Shown one piece after another: positions 7,295-16,565 of a stretch of DNA of 23,389 bases. The translations under genes were made by a program, and so were the position numbers. Under the pieces are notes generated by a model. The model was not told the origin of the DNA. It worked only from the letters and a program-made list of their open reading frames with translations, and made no database searches. This stretch comes from a virus, in the IMG/VR virus record IMGVR_UViG_3300037307_000339, one strand, 5' to 3'. How positions within the stretch are numbered: the stretch's first letter is position 1; each line of letters opens with the position of its first letter.

Positions 7295-7428
7295 GCCTTT
7301 TTTCAAAAAAATCTAGGTCACGGTTTCCACAAAGTAGAACTTTGTTGCCCCTATTGAATGCCCCGCGATTGTCTTGGCTGCGAGTACGATAGACGTAATA
7401 CACCTACGGACTACCCTCTCCTTCGTCG

Positions 7429-8172
7429 CTATGCTGTCATATCAAGTACATCTCTTTTGTTCATAGTGCCTGTCCTAAAAAAAAATGCCTGAGCATTTTG
7501 ATATGATTCGGGAGTACCAATGTCGATAAATGGTCCATCAGCCACCATGCCATATAGTGACTTATTGACAAGGGTTGGAAAGAAATCGTTTTCGAGTGAA
7601 TACGGGAACTGGAGTGGCATACTACGAATTATTTCCTTGTTCATAATGTATACGCCCGCATTGATTAGACTCGGTACAATGCTCAGCTCTTTCTCTTTGA
7701 ACGAGATAACCTTGTCGTCTACCGCCACAGCGACTAAGCCGCTCCTACTGTTGCTGTCTTCCTGAACTAACAGCATAGACACAGAAGCGTTTGTGATAGC
7801 GTGGAACACCTCAAACTCAATTAGATCGAAGTTGCAGTATGAGTCACCGTTCATAATCAGGACGGGGCTATGACAGAGAAGTGGTAAGGCATAACGCACT
7901 GCTCCACCCGTTCCACGGGAAACCGATTCGTTGCAGTAGGTTATGTTGATATTACGGTAATGGTTACCAAAGTGTTCAGTAATCTGATGGTGTAAATAAC
8001 CCGTACAGATTATGACATCATTCAACTGGAATGATGCGATCTGGTCTAAGATATAGGCAAGGAACGGCTTACCCTTCACTGGTGCCATGACTTTAGGCTT
8101 TGTGCTTATGATGGGGCTAAGGCGAGTTCCGAACCCACCTGCTAGAATGACTGCGGTTTGAATATCGCTCAT
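7429..8172 (-). CDS. sugar-1-phosphate nucleotidyltransferase (HddC / mannose-1-P guanylyltransferase-like)
   Basis: AVILAGGFGTRLSPIISTKPKVMAPVKGKPFLAYILD, NGDSY, FIDIGTPESY motifs of NTP_transferase enzymes. Confidence 0.95.
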   Translation of the reverse strand: MSDIQTAVILAGGFGTRLSPIISTKPKVMAPVKGKPFLAYILDQIASFQLNDVIICTGYLHHQITEHFGNHYRNINITYCNESVSRGTGGAVRYALPLLCHSPVLIMNGDSYCNFDLIEFEVFHAITNASVSMLLVQEDSNSRSGLVAVAVDDKVISFKEKELSIVPSLINAGVYIMNKEIIRSMPLQFPYSLENDFFPTLVNKSLYGMVADGPFIDIGTPESYQNAQAFFFRTGTMNKRDVLDMTA

Positions 8173-8191
8173 AACACCTCGCTCTTAATAG

Positions 8192-8267
8192 TGGCACCCC
8201 AGGAGGGAATCGAACCCCCGTATATCGATTTAGAAGACCGATGCGTCATCCACTACGCTACTGAGGC
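8192..8267 (-). tRNA. tRNA-Arg(TCT)
   Basis: GCCTCAG/CTGGGGT acceptor, TCGGT-CTTCTAA-ATCGA anticodon arm, TTCGATT T-loop, CCA. Confidence 0.92.
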
Positions 8268-8448
8268 ATTGTTAGAAATACGGATAGCCCGAGTCTCTCT
8301 TCATCGAAATCTCTACGAATTTGTCATCCGTTCTGAGGCAACGTATGAGATTAAGTGGCTACCTTATCAAAGTTGAGCTTACAACCTGTATCCCTTGCCT
8401 GCATGATAATTTCTTTAGGACCGCAAAGTAACTCGCAGCATTATATCG

Positions 8449-8521
8449 AGCGGGTAACGCGATTTGAACGCGCATCTTGAGGGTCGGAAGCCGTCACGCT
8501 CTACCTTTGAGCTATACCCGC
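8449..8521 (-). tRNA. tRNA-Gly(TCC)
   Basis: GCGGGTA/TACCCGC acceptor, GACGG-CTTCCGA-CCCTC anticodon arm, GCG-rich T-stem, TTCAAAT loop. No encoded CCA. Confidence 0.85.
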
Positions 8522-8529
8522 GTTCTTGA

Positions 8530-8769
8530 TTATCGGGAATATACCCTCAATTGAAAATCTGCTTCCTGGGTGTGATGATTTTCAATCACAAAGATATGGG
8601 GGTAGAGACTCTGATAGTTCTGGATAATGGCATCTTTATCATGTTCAGTTGGCTCTTCATTGAGATTGATGACTAGGTATTCACGAAGCAGAATGGGATC
8701 ATCCTCACATTTCCAGGAGATTACTCTATTCCCAAAGACGTTCGCAATCAAATCAGCAGCCTGTTTCAT
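8530..8769 (-). CDS. hypothetical protein
   Basis: 79-aa ORF starting one base upstream of the stop of the HAD-like fragment (TAAATG arrangement). Confidence 0.65.
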   Translation of the reverse strand: MKQAADLIANVFGNRVISWKCEDDPILLREYLVINLNEEPTEHDKDAIIQNYQSLYPHIFVIENHHTQEADFQLRVYSR

Positions 8770-8925
8770 TTAGAACTCCTTATGTTGTAATCCGCAAGCT
8801 AGTGTCTGAATACCGAGACTACGCCACAGTCTTACGATAACGGGGCGGTCATCGATTGCTAAAACCACATTATACTTGTTTCGGATAAACTTGTCAAACA
8901 GTTCGCGCTGTTTGATGAGTCACCG
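8770..8925 (-). pseudogene. C-terminal HAD/polynucleotide-kinase-3'-phosphatase-like fragment, no in-frame start
   Basis: Minus-strand frame reads LIKQRELFDKFIRNKYNVVLAIDDRPVIVRLWRSLGIQTLACGLQHKEF*, preceded in frame by TGA. Confidence 0.6.
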
Positions 8926-9183
8926 TCGATAGGGTCGGCATGTACTATGTACTTGTAGGTAACCATAGTAGTGCAAACAAAGCCGAGGCAACCATCACGA
9001 TGATCACATTCTTTACCCTTGTATCTACGATAGGGGTGGATAAAATCCAAATAGTCACTAGTGTTATCGAACCCAAGAAAATGAGCCCGTTACTCTAATT
9101 GTTGAACAGAACATCAAAATTGTTATATCCTTCGTCGCAGCAATGCAGGAGAGGCTCGCCAAAATTAAGTCTCATTGGAAATG

Positions 9184-9468
9184 TTACATCAGCGTGTCAA
9201 CACCCATCCGAGACGCAACTGCAATCACCGTCGCGATCAGGTGGACCGATAGAATGGTGGACATACTAGCTCCTGCGAACCCGTAGCCTATCACCATAAA
9301 CCAGTCCCCTGCAAGGTACAGGGTAACAATGCAACGAAAGATCGTATTCATTCTTTTATCCTTTTGCGTTTGGCTTTCAGCTTTTTCTCCAGTAATCTTC
9401 AGTCTGAAGATGATCTTTTCATACATGCTTTCCTTCAAACTGAATGACCGATCTAAGAACACCGTCAT
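9184..9468 (-). CDS. putative membrane protein
   Basis: 94-aa ORF with two hydrophobic segments. The true start may be internal. Confidence 0.6.
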   Translation of the reverse strand: MTVFLDRSFSLKESMYEKIIFRLKITGEKAESQTQKDKRMNTIFRCIVTLYLAGDWFMVIGYGFAGASMSTILSVHLIATVIAVASRMGVDTLM

Positions 9469-9541
9469 CGTTGCTTACATCCTGACTCCAGGGAAAGTGA
9501 AACGTTTTTGAGTGTTTAGTCTTCATGTCATTGCGGTTGTT

Positions 9542-9724
9542 TTAGTATATAGGAACCAGTTTAACTCGACAAACGCACCTAAACGGAGCCCTCACGCTTT
9601 TCAAGATCAAGTCCTTACTCTTCTTGGCATCCTCTAGGCTTGAGAACGTGTAGGACTCGACACCTAAATCGAAGATACCGAACAACATTATCTTTGTCTT
9701 GTACTTGAGTTTGGACTTGACCAT
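9542..9724 (-). CDS. small hypothetical protein
   Basis: 60-aa ORF just downstream of the promoter at 9755-9782. Confidence 0.65.
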   Translation of the reverse strand: MVKSKLKYKTKIMLFGIFDLGVESYTFSSLEDAKKSKDLILKSVRAPFRCVCRVKLVPIY

Positions 9725-9754
9725 TTTGTTTCGGCTTGCTTACACGGTGACTAT

Positions 9755-9782
9755 AGTCTAGCCTATTTACAGCGAAAGTCAA
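9755..9782 (-). promoter_or_regulatory. sigma70-like promoter
   Basis: TTGACT-16-TAGACT, followed by ATAGTCACCGTGTAAGCAAG. Confidence 0.8.
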
Positions 9783-9830
9783 GCTTTTTTTAAGCTAATT
9801 TTCCTCGGAAATGTGACAGCCGCAATGTTG

Positions 9831-10223
9831 CTAGTTTCGGTCAGGGGAGGGAACCAGCGGCGGGTCGAAGAACTTTTCGATTTGCTGGATGAGGCGATGG
9901 AACAAGCGCGGACTCACATCAAACATTGCCGCCCACAGGTTAGCGATAGGGCAAATAGAAACTACTGCCCTGCCGATGAGAGTACCGATCTTATCCGTCG
10001 GATAGTAGTAACCGACGGTCCTCATTGCTCGCCCACTATCCGTCTTTTCCAATGCCTTGGCAGCAGTCAGTTTAGCGATATACACACCCCTGGCTCTGAA
10101 GTCTTTCTGATAGTTCTCGAAGGTTTTCAGAGTGTAACCCACGGCACATATACTCAACGGTAACCAATATAGAAATACGGCAATCCAAGGATTAGCCCAA
10201 TAGCTCAGGATAGCATCAATCAT
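9831..10223 (-). CDS. putative membrane protein
   Basis: 130-aa ORF, N-terminal hydrophobic helix. Confidence 0.7.
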   Translation of the reverse strand: MIDAILSYWANPWIAVFLYWLPLSICAVGYTLKTFENYQKDFRARGVYIAKLTAAKALEKTDSGRAMRTVGYYYPTDKIGTLIGRAVVSICPIANLWAAMFDVSPRLFHRLIQQIEKFFDPPLVPSPDRN

Positions 10224-10231
10224 AAGTCACC

Positions 10232-10648
10232 TCAACTGTTGATGCTGTCAAGACCCACTCGCATACCGAGTAAACTCAAGATATGGACCATCTCAAATTG
10301 AATTGCCGTGCGGGTGGCAATAGGGATAGAGCTTGGGTGGTTCTCTATATCGGTTTCAGGTTTTACGCCTGAGACACCGATGATCAGAAGCAGTGCTTTC
10401 ATGCTGATGTAATCACACAGAATGGGCTCATACTCAGTAAGCTTAAACTTGATAGGAAATTCAGTAAGCCTGAGTCGAGCCATATTATTGCCCATCTTAC
10501 GGATCCAACGCTTATCGTTAGGGTTGAATACGCTCCAGCCTACGGTTACTTCGCGAGTCTCATAGTCTAGGCTAGTGCATACGGTCAGGACAGCACCGTT
10601 GACTAGGAAGTGATGTCGGAATCGTTGGGCAGTCTTAGTTTCACACAT
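10232..10648 (-). CDS. hypothetical protein
   Basis: 138-aa ORF in a tandem gene string. Confidence 0.75.
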   Translation of the reverse strand: MCETKTAQRFRHHFLVNGAVLTVCTSLDYETREVTVGWSVFNPNDKRWIRKMGNNMARLRLTEFPIKFKLTEYEPILCDYISMKALLLIIGVSGVKPETDIENHPSSIPIATRTAIQFEMVHILSLLGMRVGLDSINS

Positions 10649-10660
10649 GATAAATCCTCT

Positions 10661-10996
10661 TTAGGTTGCAATAGCCATGGCCTCCTCGATGGGAGGTGCA
10701 TCAAGATACTTCTTATACACTGCTTCTTTTTGATCCTTAAGTTCTTGAATCTTGGAGTTAAGAGCAGCAATTTCCTTCTGTTTTTGCTCTTCCACATACG
10801 CTAGAGCAAGCGATTGATCAGTGAATAGGTACATTCCTGCCACTCTACGGTGGGTGCCATTTACATACTTCACCAACAAATTATCAGATAGACTTTCGGT
10901 GAGTTTGATGAAGATCGCACAATATCGGATCCCACTCGTGAGATAGAACTCCACATCCCAACCATACAGTATGCGGTAATAATCTTTGCTGTTCAT
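10661..10996 (-). CDS. hypothetical protein, coiled-coil C-terminus
   Basis: 111-aa ORF, AYVEEQKQKEIAALNSKIQELKDQKEAVYKKY. Confidence 0.75.
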   Translation of the reverse strand: MNSKDYYRILYGWDVEFYLTSGIRYCAIFIKLTESLSDNLLVKYVNGTHRRVAGMYLFTDQSLALAYVEEQKQKEIAALNSKIQELKDQKEAVYKKYLDAPPIEEAMAIAT

Positions 10997-11250
10997 TCTT
11001 TATCCCTCATTGTAAACGATATCTCACAGGCTCTTTCGCACTCATGCTTGATGTCTGTCTTAAGTTTTTTGATGGCAATTTTCTTTACCTCTTTGAATAC
11101 TCTCTTGCCAGGGCAATGGAACATTTCGATTGTGACACGGTTGCCCTTAACCTTAATGTCTTTTACCCTAACAAGTGTCCTGCTTATGATGGCATCTACA
11201 ACTGTAGAAATGTACTTTGAACGAGTTTCCAGTGATACCATCTCATACAT
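10993..11250 (-). CDS. hypothetical protein
   Basis: 85-aa ORF overlapping the previous gene by 4 nt (ATGA). Confidence 0.7.
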   Translation of the reverse strand: MYEMVSLETRSKYISTVVDAIISRTLVRVKDIKVKGNRVTIEMFHCPGKRVFKEVKKIAIKKLKTDIKHECERACEISFTMRDKE

Positions 11251-11254
11251 TCTC

Positions 11255-12046
11255 CTAAATTTCTACAGTCATTGGAATGTATTCATGTGGGTGTCTGTAG
11301 AGCTCACCTAAGTAACCTTTAGGGTGACAGACTACTCTACACTGTTCAACGTTGTAATCAAAATCACTATGACAATGCCCGTGTGCCCAAAGCTTGATCT
11401 GATCGTTATCGACCATGATATGCTCTAGGTTACTTGCGAATGCTCCAGTAAGGGGACTGGTCTTAAACCTGGGCATTATGCTCTGATACGACGGAGCGTG
11501 ATGCGTCAATATCACTATCGTCTTCGTCTCATTGAACAGCCTTAGCATCTGATCAATGTAGGACGTGTTGATGTTGAAAAGACGAACCGTATCATCGGGT
11601 CTGATTGCTCTGGAGCGGAATGACAGATCCTTAAGAGTAGGAAAGATAAAGTAATAATCTGAAATTCCTACCTTGCACGCCTCCTTCGTCATAGGATTGT
11701 TCCTATCCATATCGCTCCAGAGCGTAGTGCCGATGAACGTGACTTCATCGATAGAGATCGCATCATTACTCAAGACATGGATGTTTCTGAAAGGTTTCAT
11801 CTCTTCCCTAATGTAATCGACTGTCGTATCAAGGCACCCCTGATAATACTCATGATTACCTAGGACATAGAATACTTTTTCCCATCTCTCGCTCATCCTC
11901 TTAAACACGGGAAGCATCTTTCTTATTTGTCGAACCTCACACACATCACCTAGGAGAGCGAGGAAAGGAGCGTTAGCAGTAAAGAACGGGTCTCCTAGAT
12001 CGCTTACTAGACTGAGGTGAATATCACTGGCAATATCGATGAGCAT
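11255..12046 (-). CDS. calcineurin-like metallophosphoesterase
   Basis: DIASDIHL, LLGDV, YVLGNHEYY, ILTHHAP and WAHGHCHSDFDY motifs. Confidence 0.95.
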   Translation of the reverse strand: MLIDIASDIHLSLVSDLGDPFFTANAPFLALLGDVCEVRQIRKMLPVFKRMSERWEKVFYVLGNHEYYQGCLDTTVDYIREEMKPFRNIHVLSNDAISIDEVTFIGTTLWSDMDRNNPMTKEACKVGISDYYFIFPTLKDLSFRSRAIRPDDTVRLFNINTSYIDQMLRLFNETKTIVILTHHAPSYQSIMPRFKTSPLTGAFASNLEHIMVDNDQIKLWAHGHCHSDFDYNVEQCRVVCHPKGYLGELYRHPHEYIPMTVEI

Positions 12047-12100
12047 TTACCATCTCCGAGTTAAAATGTAAAAATCATTTATTTGCGCGTAATCGTTAAT

Positions 12101-12129
12101 AGTTTAGTACATCAGAAGCCTGATGTCAA
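12101..12129 (-). promoter_or_regulatory. sigma70-like promoter for the metallophosphoesterase gene
   Basis: TTGACA-17-TAAACT on the minus strand. Confidence 0.75.
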
Positions 12130-12392
12130 GAGGAAGGTTGTGTAGAGTTCCTAATCCACACCGCTCCACGTTCGTCGTACAGACTGTTCTGAACGGAGTC
12201 ATAATAATCATGGAACTTGCTGAATACTTTCACAGGCTCTCTCTGAGTCATCATCGGGTTGCATTAAAAACTAGAGATGCCCGTCGATCTTATCAGCGAA
12301 CTCGACTAACATCTCTTATGTCAATAGTGTGCTTCATTGCACTAATCGCCCGTTTAGTAGGTTACGAATTCTCGATACGTTATCCTAGTCTG

Positions 12393-13331
12393 TCATTTCA
12401 GTGCATTTACGCAATGGGTATAGGAATAGTAGTAGAATCCCGTGATCTCTGCATAGTTGCGCCAAGTCTTAGTCGTAGACAGTAACGGTCTGTCTTCTTT
12501 TTCTGACGCATTAAACGATGATTCTGCTCCGTCAAATGCGCCGTTAACCTTTAACCAAGGTCCTAAGAAGCACATATTGTCATAGTAGCCTGGTGCCTTT
12601 GGACCCAAATTGCAAATCTCTGGTGGTAGCCATTCAGCACTAATGATCGGCAGTACCTTAACCTTGGTACTAGGAACTGCATTCTTGATTTGATTGAGAC
12701 GATCCTTAACCTTAGGATAGAGCTTTGTTCCTCTGTCTACATACGAGTGCATATAGATTCGGTCAACCAATTTGAGCAGAGAAGTCATCTCATTCTGAGT
12801 GGTCCAACCGATATACGCACCAATAACAGTGCCTGCTGGTGCTTTAGACCTCATATACTTGAGTATCGTAGTCGCATTGGTAGTGAAGTCTCTCGGTGAG
12901 TTGTTCCACCACTCATACTCAAGCCACAATCCATCAATTTTGACTGCGTAGGTAGAAAGGAATTTGGTAACTCTGTCCATTTCAGCAATTCCGCCGACAG
13001 CAATAGAGACAAAGTTAACTCCTTGAGCTCTCACCTTTTCAATCAAGTCTTTAAGCTCTGACTGCTTCAATGGAATGACCCTCGTAGCAACAGGACCACC
13101 TGTGTAGAAGGTTAGTTCAGTGAATCCATACTTCTTGACAAAATCTAAAAACTCTTGGGTTTTGGATGGGTTAGTTACAATGGAGTAGAGTTCTCCAACT
13201 AGCAGTCCTCTCATAGCCGTACCTCCTGGTGGACTTGCAAAAGTAAAATGTGACATCAAATTTAAAACAATACACATCATTTTACTTAGTCTTTTTACGG
13301 TACTGAACCTCATTAGTATTTCGTTTTCCAT
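12393..13331 (-). CDS. secreted protein, possible TIM-barrel glycoside-hydrolase-like
   Basis: Signal-peptide-like N-terminus; alternating beta/alpha pattern with FTELTFYTGG, VKIDGLWLEYEWWNN, TVIGAYIGW, DRIYMHSY, ITGFYYYSY. Overlaps the GT2 gene by 19 nt. Confidence 0.7.
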   Translation of the reverse strand: MENEILMRFSTVKRLSKMMCIVLNLMSHFTFASPPGGTAMRGLLVGELYSIVTNPSKTQEFLDFVKKYGFTELTFYTGGPVATRVIPLKQSELKDLIEKVRAQGVNFVSIAVGGIAEMDRVTKFLSTYAVKIDGLWLEYEWWNNSPRDFTTNATTILKYMRSKAPAGTVIGAYIGWTTQNEMTSLLKLVDRIYMHSYVDRGTKLYPKVKDRLNQIKNAVPSTKVKVLPIISAEWLPPEICNLGPKAPGYYDNMCFLGPWLKVNGAFDGAESSFNASEKEDRPLLSTTKTWRNYAEITGFYYYSYTHCVNALK

Positions 13332-14602
13332 AGGTAGGCATGTCTTTGGACATAGTTAGGCACATAGCCATCTCGATAAGAGGACCTATTGATGAACTCA
13401 TCGACGCAAGCCACGGTCCTCACTGCTCGCATAAAGAAGCCTCCATAGAGTGAGTAGAATGGGAATACGATACAAGGCATTAGATCTCTCTTGAGGTTTA
13501 CGCTGTAGAACATCACCGTGAGGACTTGGAAGAAGCCAAAGACACTATAGCCTAATGCAACACAAACAGCTAAGTTCTTAACAGACTGCCAATCCAAATT
13601 CAAGAACAAAGCGCCTAACATGAACCAAAACGAGAAGGTACACCACACGGAGAAGAACATCGTGTCGTACCAGTACAGGAAGTTCGTGAATCGGAAGTTG
13701 TTACTCATCAGACTGGCACCTTCGATATGCTTGCGAAGATGGATTCTGACGATGCCCATATCCCAACGGAGTCTTTGATTCCATAGTTGTTTCCATTTGA
13801 TCGGAACATCCGTATAGCACTCTGACTCAGGTACGAACACCACCTTGTAACCCATCTTGCGAATGCGAATAGTGATGTCTGAGTCTTCACTAGGTCCAAC
13901 ATCCATACCGTATCCACGACGGAAGATCTCTGTCCTGAATGCACCGAAAGCACCGCTGATGATAGACAACGTCCCCATTTTAGCTGAAAGCACTCGACCT
14001 ACCATGATCGAGATCAGATACTCGTACGCTTGGAATAGTGTGCATAAACTGTCTGTCGGATTCCTGACAAGGATGCAACCCGATGTTCCACCCACTTTAG
14101 GATCTTTAAACGGTTGCACTAATCGGTAGATAGCATCAGGACCAAAAGTGCTGTCTGAGTCGATGACGACAATGATATCTGCGGTGATGTATGGGTATGC
14201 GAAGTTCTGTGCAGTGCTCTTTCCACCACCATGGGGGCGTCTCAGAACTAAGACTCCGTCATGAGTCTCTGCGAACTTAGACGCAATCTCGAATGTGCCA
14301 TCCGTTGAGCCATCGTCGATGACGATAATTTGGAGGAACGGATAACTGCCATGGATTGTCTCCAAGCACTGTCTCATTGTCGCGGACTCATTTAAGCCAG
14401 GGATAAGTGCGCACACAGTGGGTAGATAGGCTCCTTTCGGAGCCTCTTTGCCATGCCATAGGTCAGAAAAGAAGGTCCAAATTAGTAAAACCAGATTTGC
14501 GAATAGATATCTAGGACCATCTAAGAGCAGCATCCCACTGAATGTCAGGAGATACTGCTCTGTGCTGAATCCTGAGAACCAGTACAGAGCATCGTAAATC
14601 AT
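13313..14602 (-). CDS. processive family 2 glycosyltransferase (PgaC/NodC/Alg8/hyaluronan-synthase-like)
   Basis: ALIPGLNES, VIDDGSTDGT, DSDS, GPSEDSDITIR, WNQRLRWDMG (Q-x-x-R-W) and several transmembrane segments. Confidence 0.95.
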   Translation of the reverse strand: MIYDALYWFSGFSTEQYLLTFSGMLLLDGPRYLFANLVLLIWTFFSDLWHGKEAPKGAYLPTVCALIPGLNESATMRQCLETIHGSYPFLQIIVIDDGSTDGTFEIASKFAETHDGVLVLRRPHGGGKSTAQNFAYPYITADIIVVIDSDSTFGPDAIYRLVQPFKDPKVGGTSGCILVRNPTDSLCTLFQAYEYLISIMVGRVLSAKMGTLSIISGAFGAFRTEIFRRGYGMDVGPSEDSDITIRIRKMGYKVVFVPESECYTDVPIKWKQLWNQRLRWDMGIVRIHLRKHIEGASLMSNNFRFTNFLYWYDTMFFSVWCTFSFWFMLGALFLNLDWQSVKNLAVCVALGYSVFGFFQVLTVMFYSVNLKRDLMPCIVFPFYSLYGGFFMRAVRTVACVDEFINRSSYRDGYVPNYVQRHAYLWKTKY

Positions 14603-15336
14603 AACATCGTGTACTCCATTAGGTTGATTTCTTTCGCTTCTGTGACCAAGAACGATGTGTCACAACACAAGCATCTACCGATGAGTTTGGAGTTGTTACC
14701 CGTCCAACCACAATCCATGCAACGCTGCAATCCCGCAGAGACATCGTAGTCTACGTTGATGATTAGACCATCCTTATGACACTTACCGCAAGCGATAGAG
14801 CCTTGCTGACGGTTAATCGTAAATGTCTCTAACAAATCAACGTTCCCGCAAGCATAGTGGTGAACCAACTGGTCAGGACGAGTCGCATGAGATCCGCAGG
14901 ATGGACAGCCTGGGCGAATGGTAAAAGCTATGCTCTCACATTCTGGGCAGACCATTATCTTATCGACCACTTTAGATGTTGCAGCGCCATATTTTACAAA
15001 TAGGTCCAGTGTCTGCTTGTGAATACGGTATTGGTATTCATTACATTCTATGAAGGCATTGTAAACCTGTCCTACTTGATCAGATAAACGATGACATTGG
15101 ACACTTGTCACACCATCTTTGAACTTAGACGTTTTCTGTCTAACAGGAACAGGCACGGTTGAATTACTAGGAAGTAGAACGCCATAACTGAATGAGATTG
15201 GAGACGTTGTCTCCATCGTCATAAAGATTGCATCTTCCCTGACTTCACACTCCCCAATCCACTCACCTCTTAAGGTGGCTAGTCTAGCCGTAATCATAAT
15301 GACCTCACTTTGTCTCACTGGCGTTTGCAGTCTCAC
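14599..15336 (-). CDS. multi-zinc-ribbon protein, TackOD1-like
   Basis: CPEC...CPSCGS..........LVHHYAC...F.......CGKC...L...VDYDV...QRCMDCGWT...RCLCC: cysteine/histidine spacing resembles the TackOD1 metal-binding domain. Confidence 0.75.
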   Translation of the reverse strand: MRLQTPVRQSEVIMITARLATLRGEWIGECEVREDAIFMTMETTSPISFSYGVLLPSNSTVPVPVRQKTSKFKDGVTSVQCHRLSDQVGQVYNAFIECNEYQYRIHKQTLDLFVKYGAATSKVVDKIMVCPECESIAFTIRPGCPSCGSHATRPDQLVHHYACGNVDLLETFTINRQQGSIACGKCHKDGLIINVDYDVSAGLQRCMDCGWTGNNSKLIGRCLCCDTSFLVTEAKEINLMEYTML

Positions 15337-16555
15337 CCGTAAAAAAGCTTACAATCTGCGAAACGCCCGTGAGTGTCTCAATCACATTTGGACGCTTAAT
15401 GGTACTTCCCACGATAAACAAGTTGATGTCAGCGTCCTTAGGTTGCAGGTACACCCTAATTAGCTTGTCATCGGCTGAATAGTTTCTTTTGATCTGGTCC
15501 GGAGGAGATATTGTATCACGAGATAGAGCCGTGACAGTAGTCTTAACCGTCCTATTGAGCGACGGACTCCACACATCCACCTCTTCACCAACCTGTGGGA
15601 CTCGTGCAGCGGGGTTATAGTATAGCACCAGTTTCATAGAGTCATTCTCGACGATGTTAAAAATCTCATCTCCAGCGACTCTCTCGCCAGCGTGATGGGT
15701 AATGGATGAAACGATACCCGACACAGGGCTAGTGATTTCCCCTTCAGTAATCTTTTCTTCAAGACGCTTCTTCTCGTTTTTGAGAAACTCAAGCTTCTTA
15801 GTCAATGGGATAATCTGGGATGAGCCATCGTCATCTACGGTGGAACGAGACCTTTCGAGACGAGACTGCATCGCCGTAATGGTGTTCGTCTTTCCTGTGA
15901 TTAATGCTTGCGATTGTGCGACATCGGCCTCTGCTTTATCCAAGTCAAGTTGGCTTACGGCACCCTGACCTCTGAGTAGTTTAATACGAGTCAGATGGCT
16001 CTTCTGAAGCATTAGTTTCGCTTTGATCTCTGCCAGTTGTCCTTCTTCCGACATAAGCTGACTAGTCGCCTCATAAAACGTGTCATTGTTACGACCACGA
16101 TTCCAACGATTCTCGCTTTCTTTAGCAGTTATCTCCGATTGGGTAACTTGAATTTCGTCTTCCAGTTTGAACAGATCTCGATAGTCATTAGAGTTAATGA
16201 TTTTGGCAACAAAACGACCAGAAGCAATAGGCATCCCTTCAGTTACTTCCAGCCTTTGCACTTTGCCCTCAATGGGTGAGTAAACACCCACCACATTGGC
16301 AGAGACTACACCATAGGACTCATAGCGGAAGTAGATGTTCCACACGTTGTATGACCCAACACTCAACGCTGCAAGGACAGCAGCGATTACCAACTTCTTT
16401 CCTTTCCTAGGCGGAATTTGACCTGGTGCAGTGTAGTTCATTGCGGATTGTGGTACAAGCTCTGGGATTGCAAGCTCCGTTCCTGCTTGCTCTTGTAGGT
16501 AAGATGAAGTCTTCAATGCATAGTCATTCTTGGGAAACCTTTTAAGGTTGCTCAC
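15305..16555 (-). CDS. HlyD/Alg44-like membrane fusion (periplasmic adaptor) protein
   Basis: One TM helix, VYSPIEGKVQRLEVTEGMPIASGRFVAKI (lipoyl half), coiled coil, GEITSPVSGIVSSITHHAGERVAGDEIFNIV. Confidence 0.92.
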   Translation of the reverse strand: MSNLKRFPKNDYALKTSSYLQEQAGTELAIPELVPQSAMNYTAPGQIPPRKGKKLVIAAVLAALSVGSYNVWNIYFRYESYGVVSANVVGVYSPIEGKVQRLEVTEGMPIASGRFVAKIINSNDYRDLFKLEDEIQVTQSEITAKESENRWNRGRNNDTFYEATSQLMSEEGQLAEIKAKLMLQKSHLTRIKLLRGQGAVSQLDLDKAEADVAQSQALITGKTNTITAMQSRLERSRSTVDDDGSSQIIPLTKKLEFLKNEKKRLEEKITEGEITSPVSGIVSSITHHAGERVAGDEIFNIVENDSMKLVLYYNPAARVPQVGEEVDVWSPSLNRTVKTTVTALSRDTISPPDQIKRNYSADDKLIRVYLQPKDADINLFIVGSTIKRPNVIETLTGVSQIVSFFTGETANASETK

Positions 16556-16565
16556 AGATGTCTCC

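Noticed and set aside
8158-8376. Plus-strand 72-aa ORF MNIAHNTSLLI...
   Set aside because: Runs across the tRNA-Arg(TCT) gene and opposes all neighbours.
12123-12485. Plus-strand 120-aa ORF with a hydrophobic stretch (MSIVCFIALIARLVGYEF), facing the minus-strand operon
   Set aside because: No Shine-Dalgarno before either plausible ATG, overlaps the 3' end of the secreted protein gene and an opposing promoter. Could be real, but unsupported.
12479-12505. Plus-strand AGACAG-TAACGGT-CTGTCT hairpin followed by TTCTTTTT, like an intrinsic terminator
   Set aside because: Lies inside the minus-strand CDS encoding KEDRPLLSTT and faces the opposite direction to transcription. Most likely coincidental.
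13708-14129. Overlapping antisense and alternative-frame ORFs within the GT2 gene
   Set aside because: The GT2 frame has all family motifs. The others are shadow ORFs.
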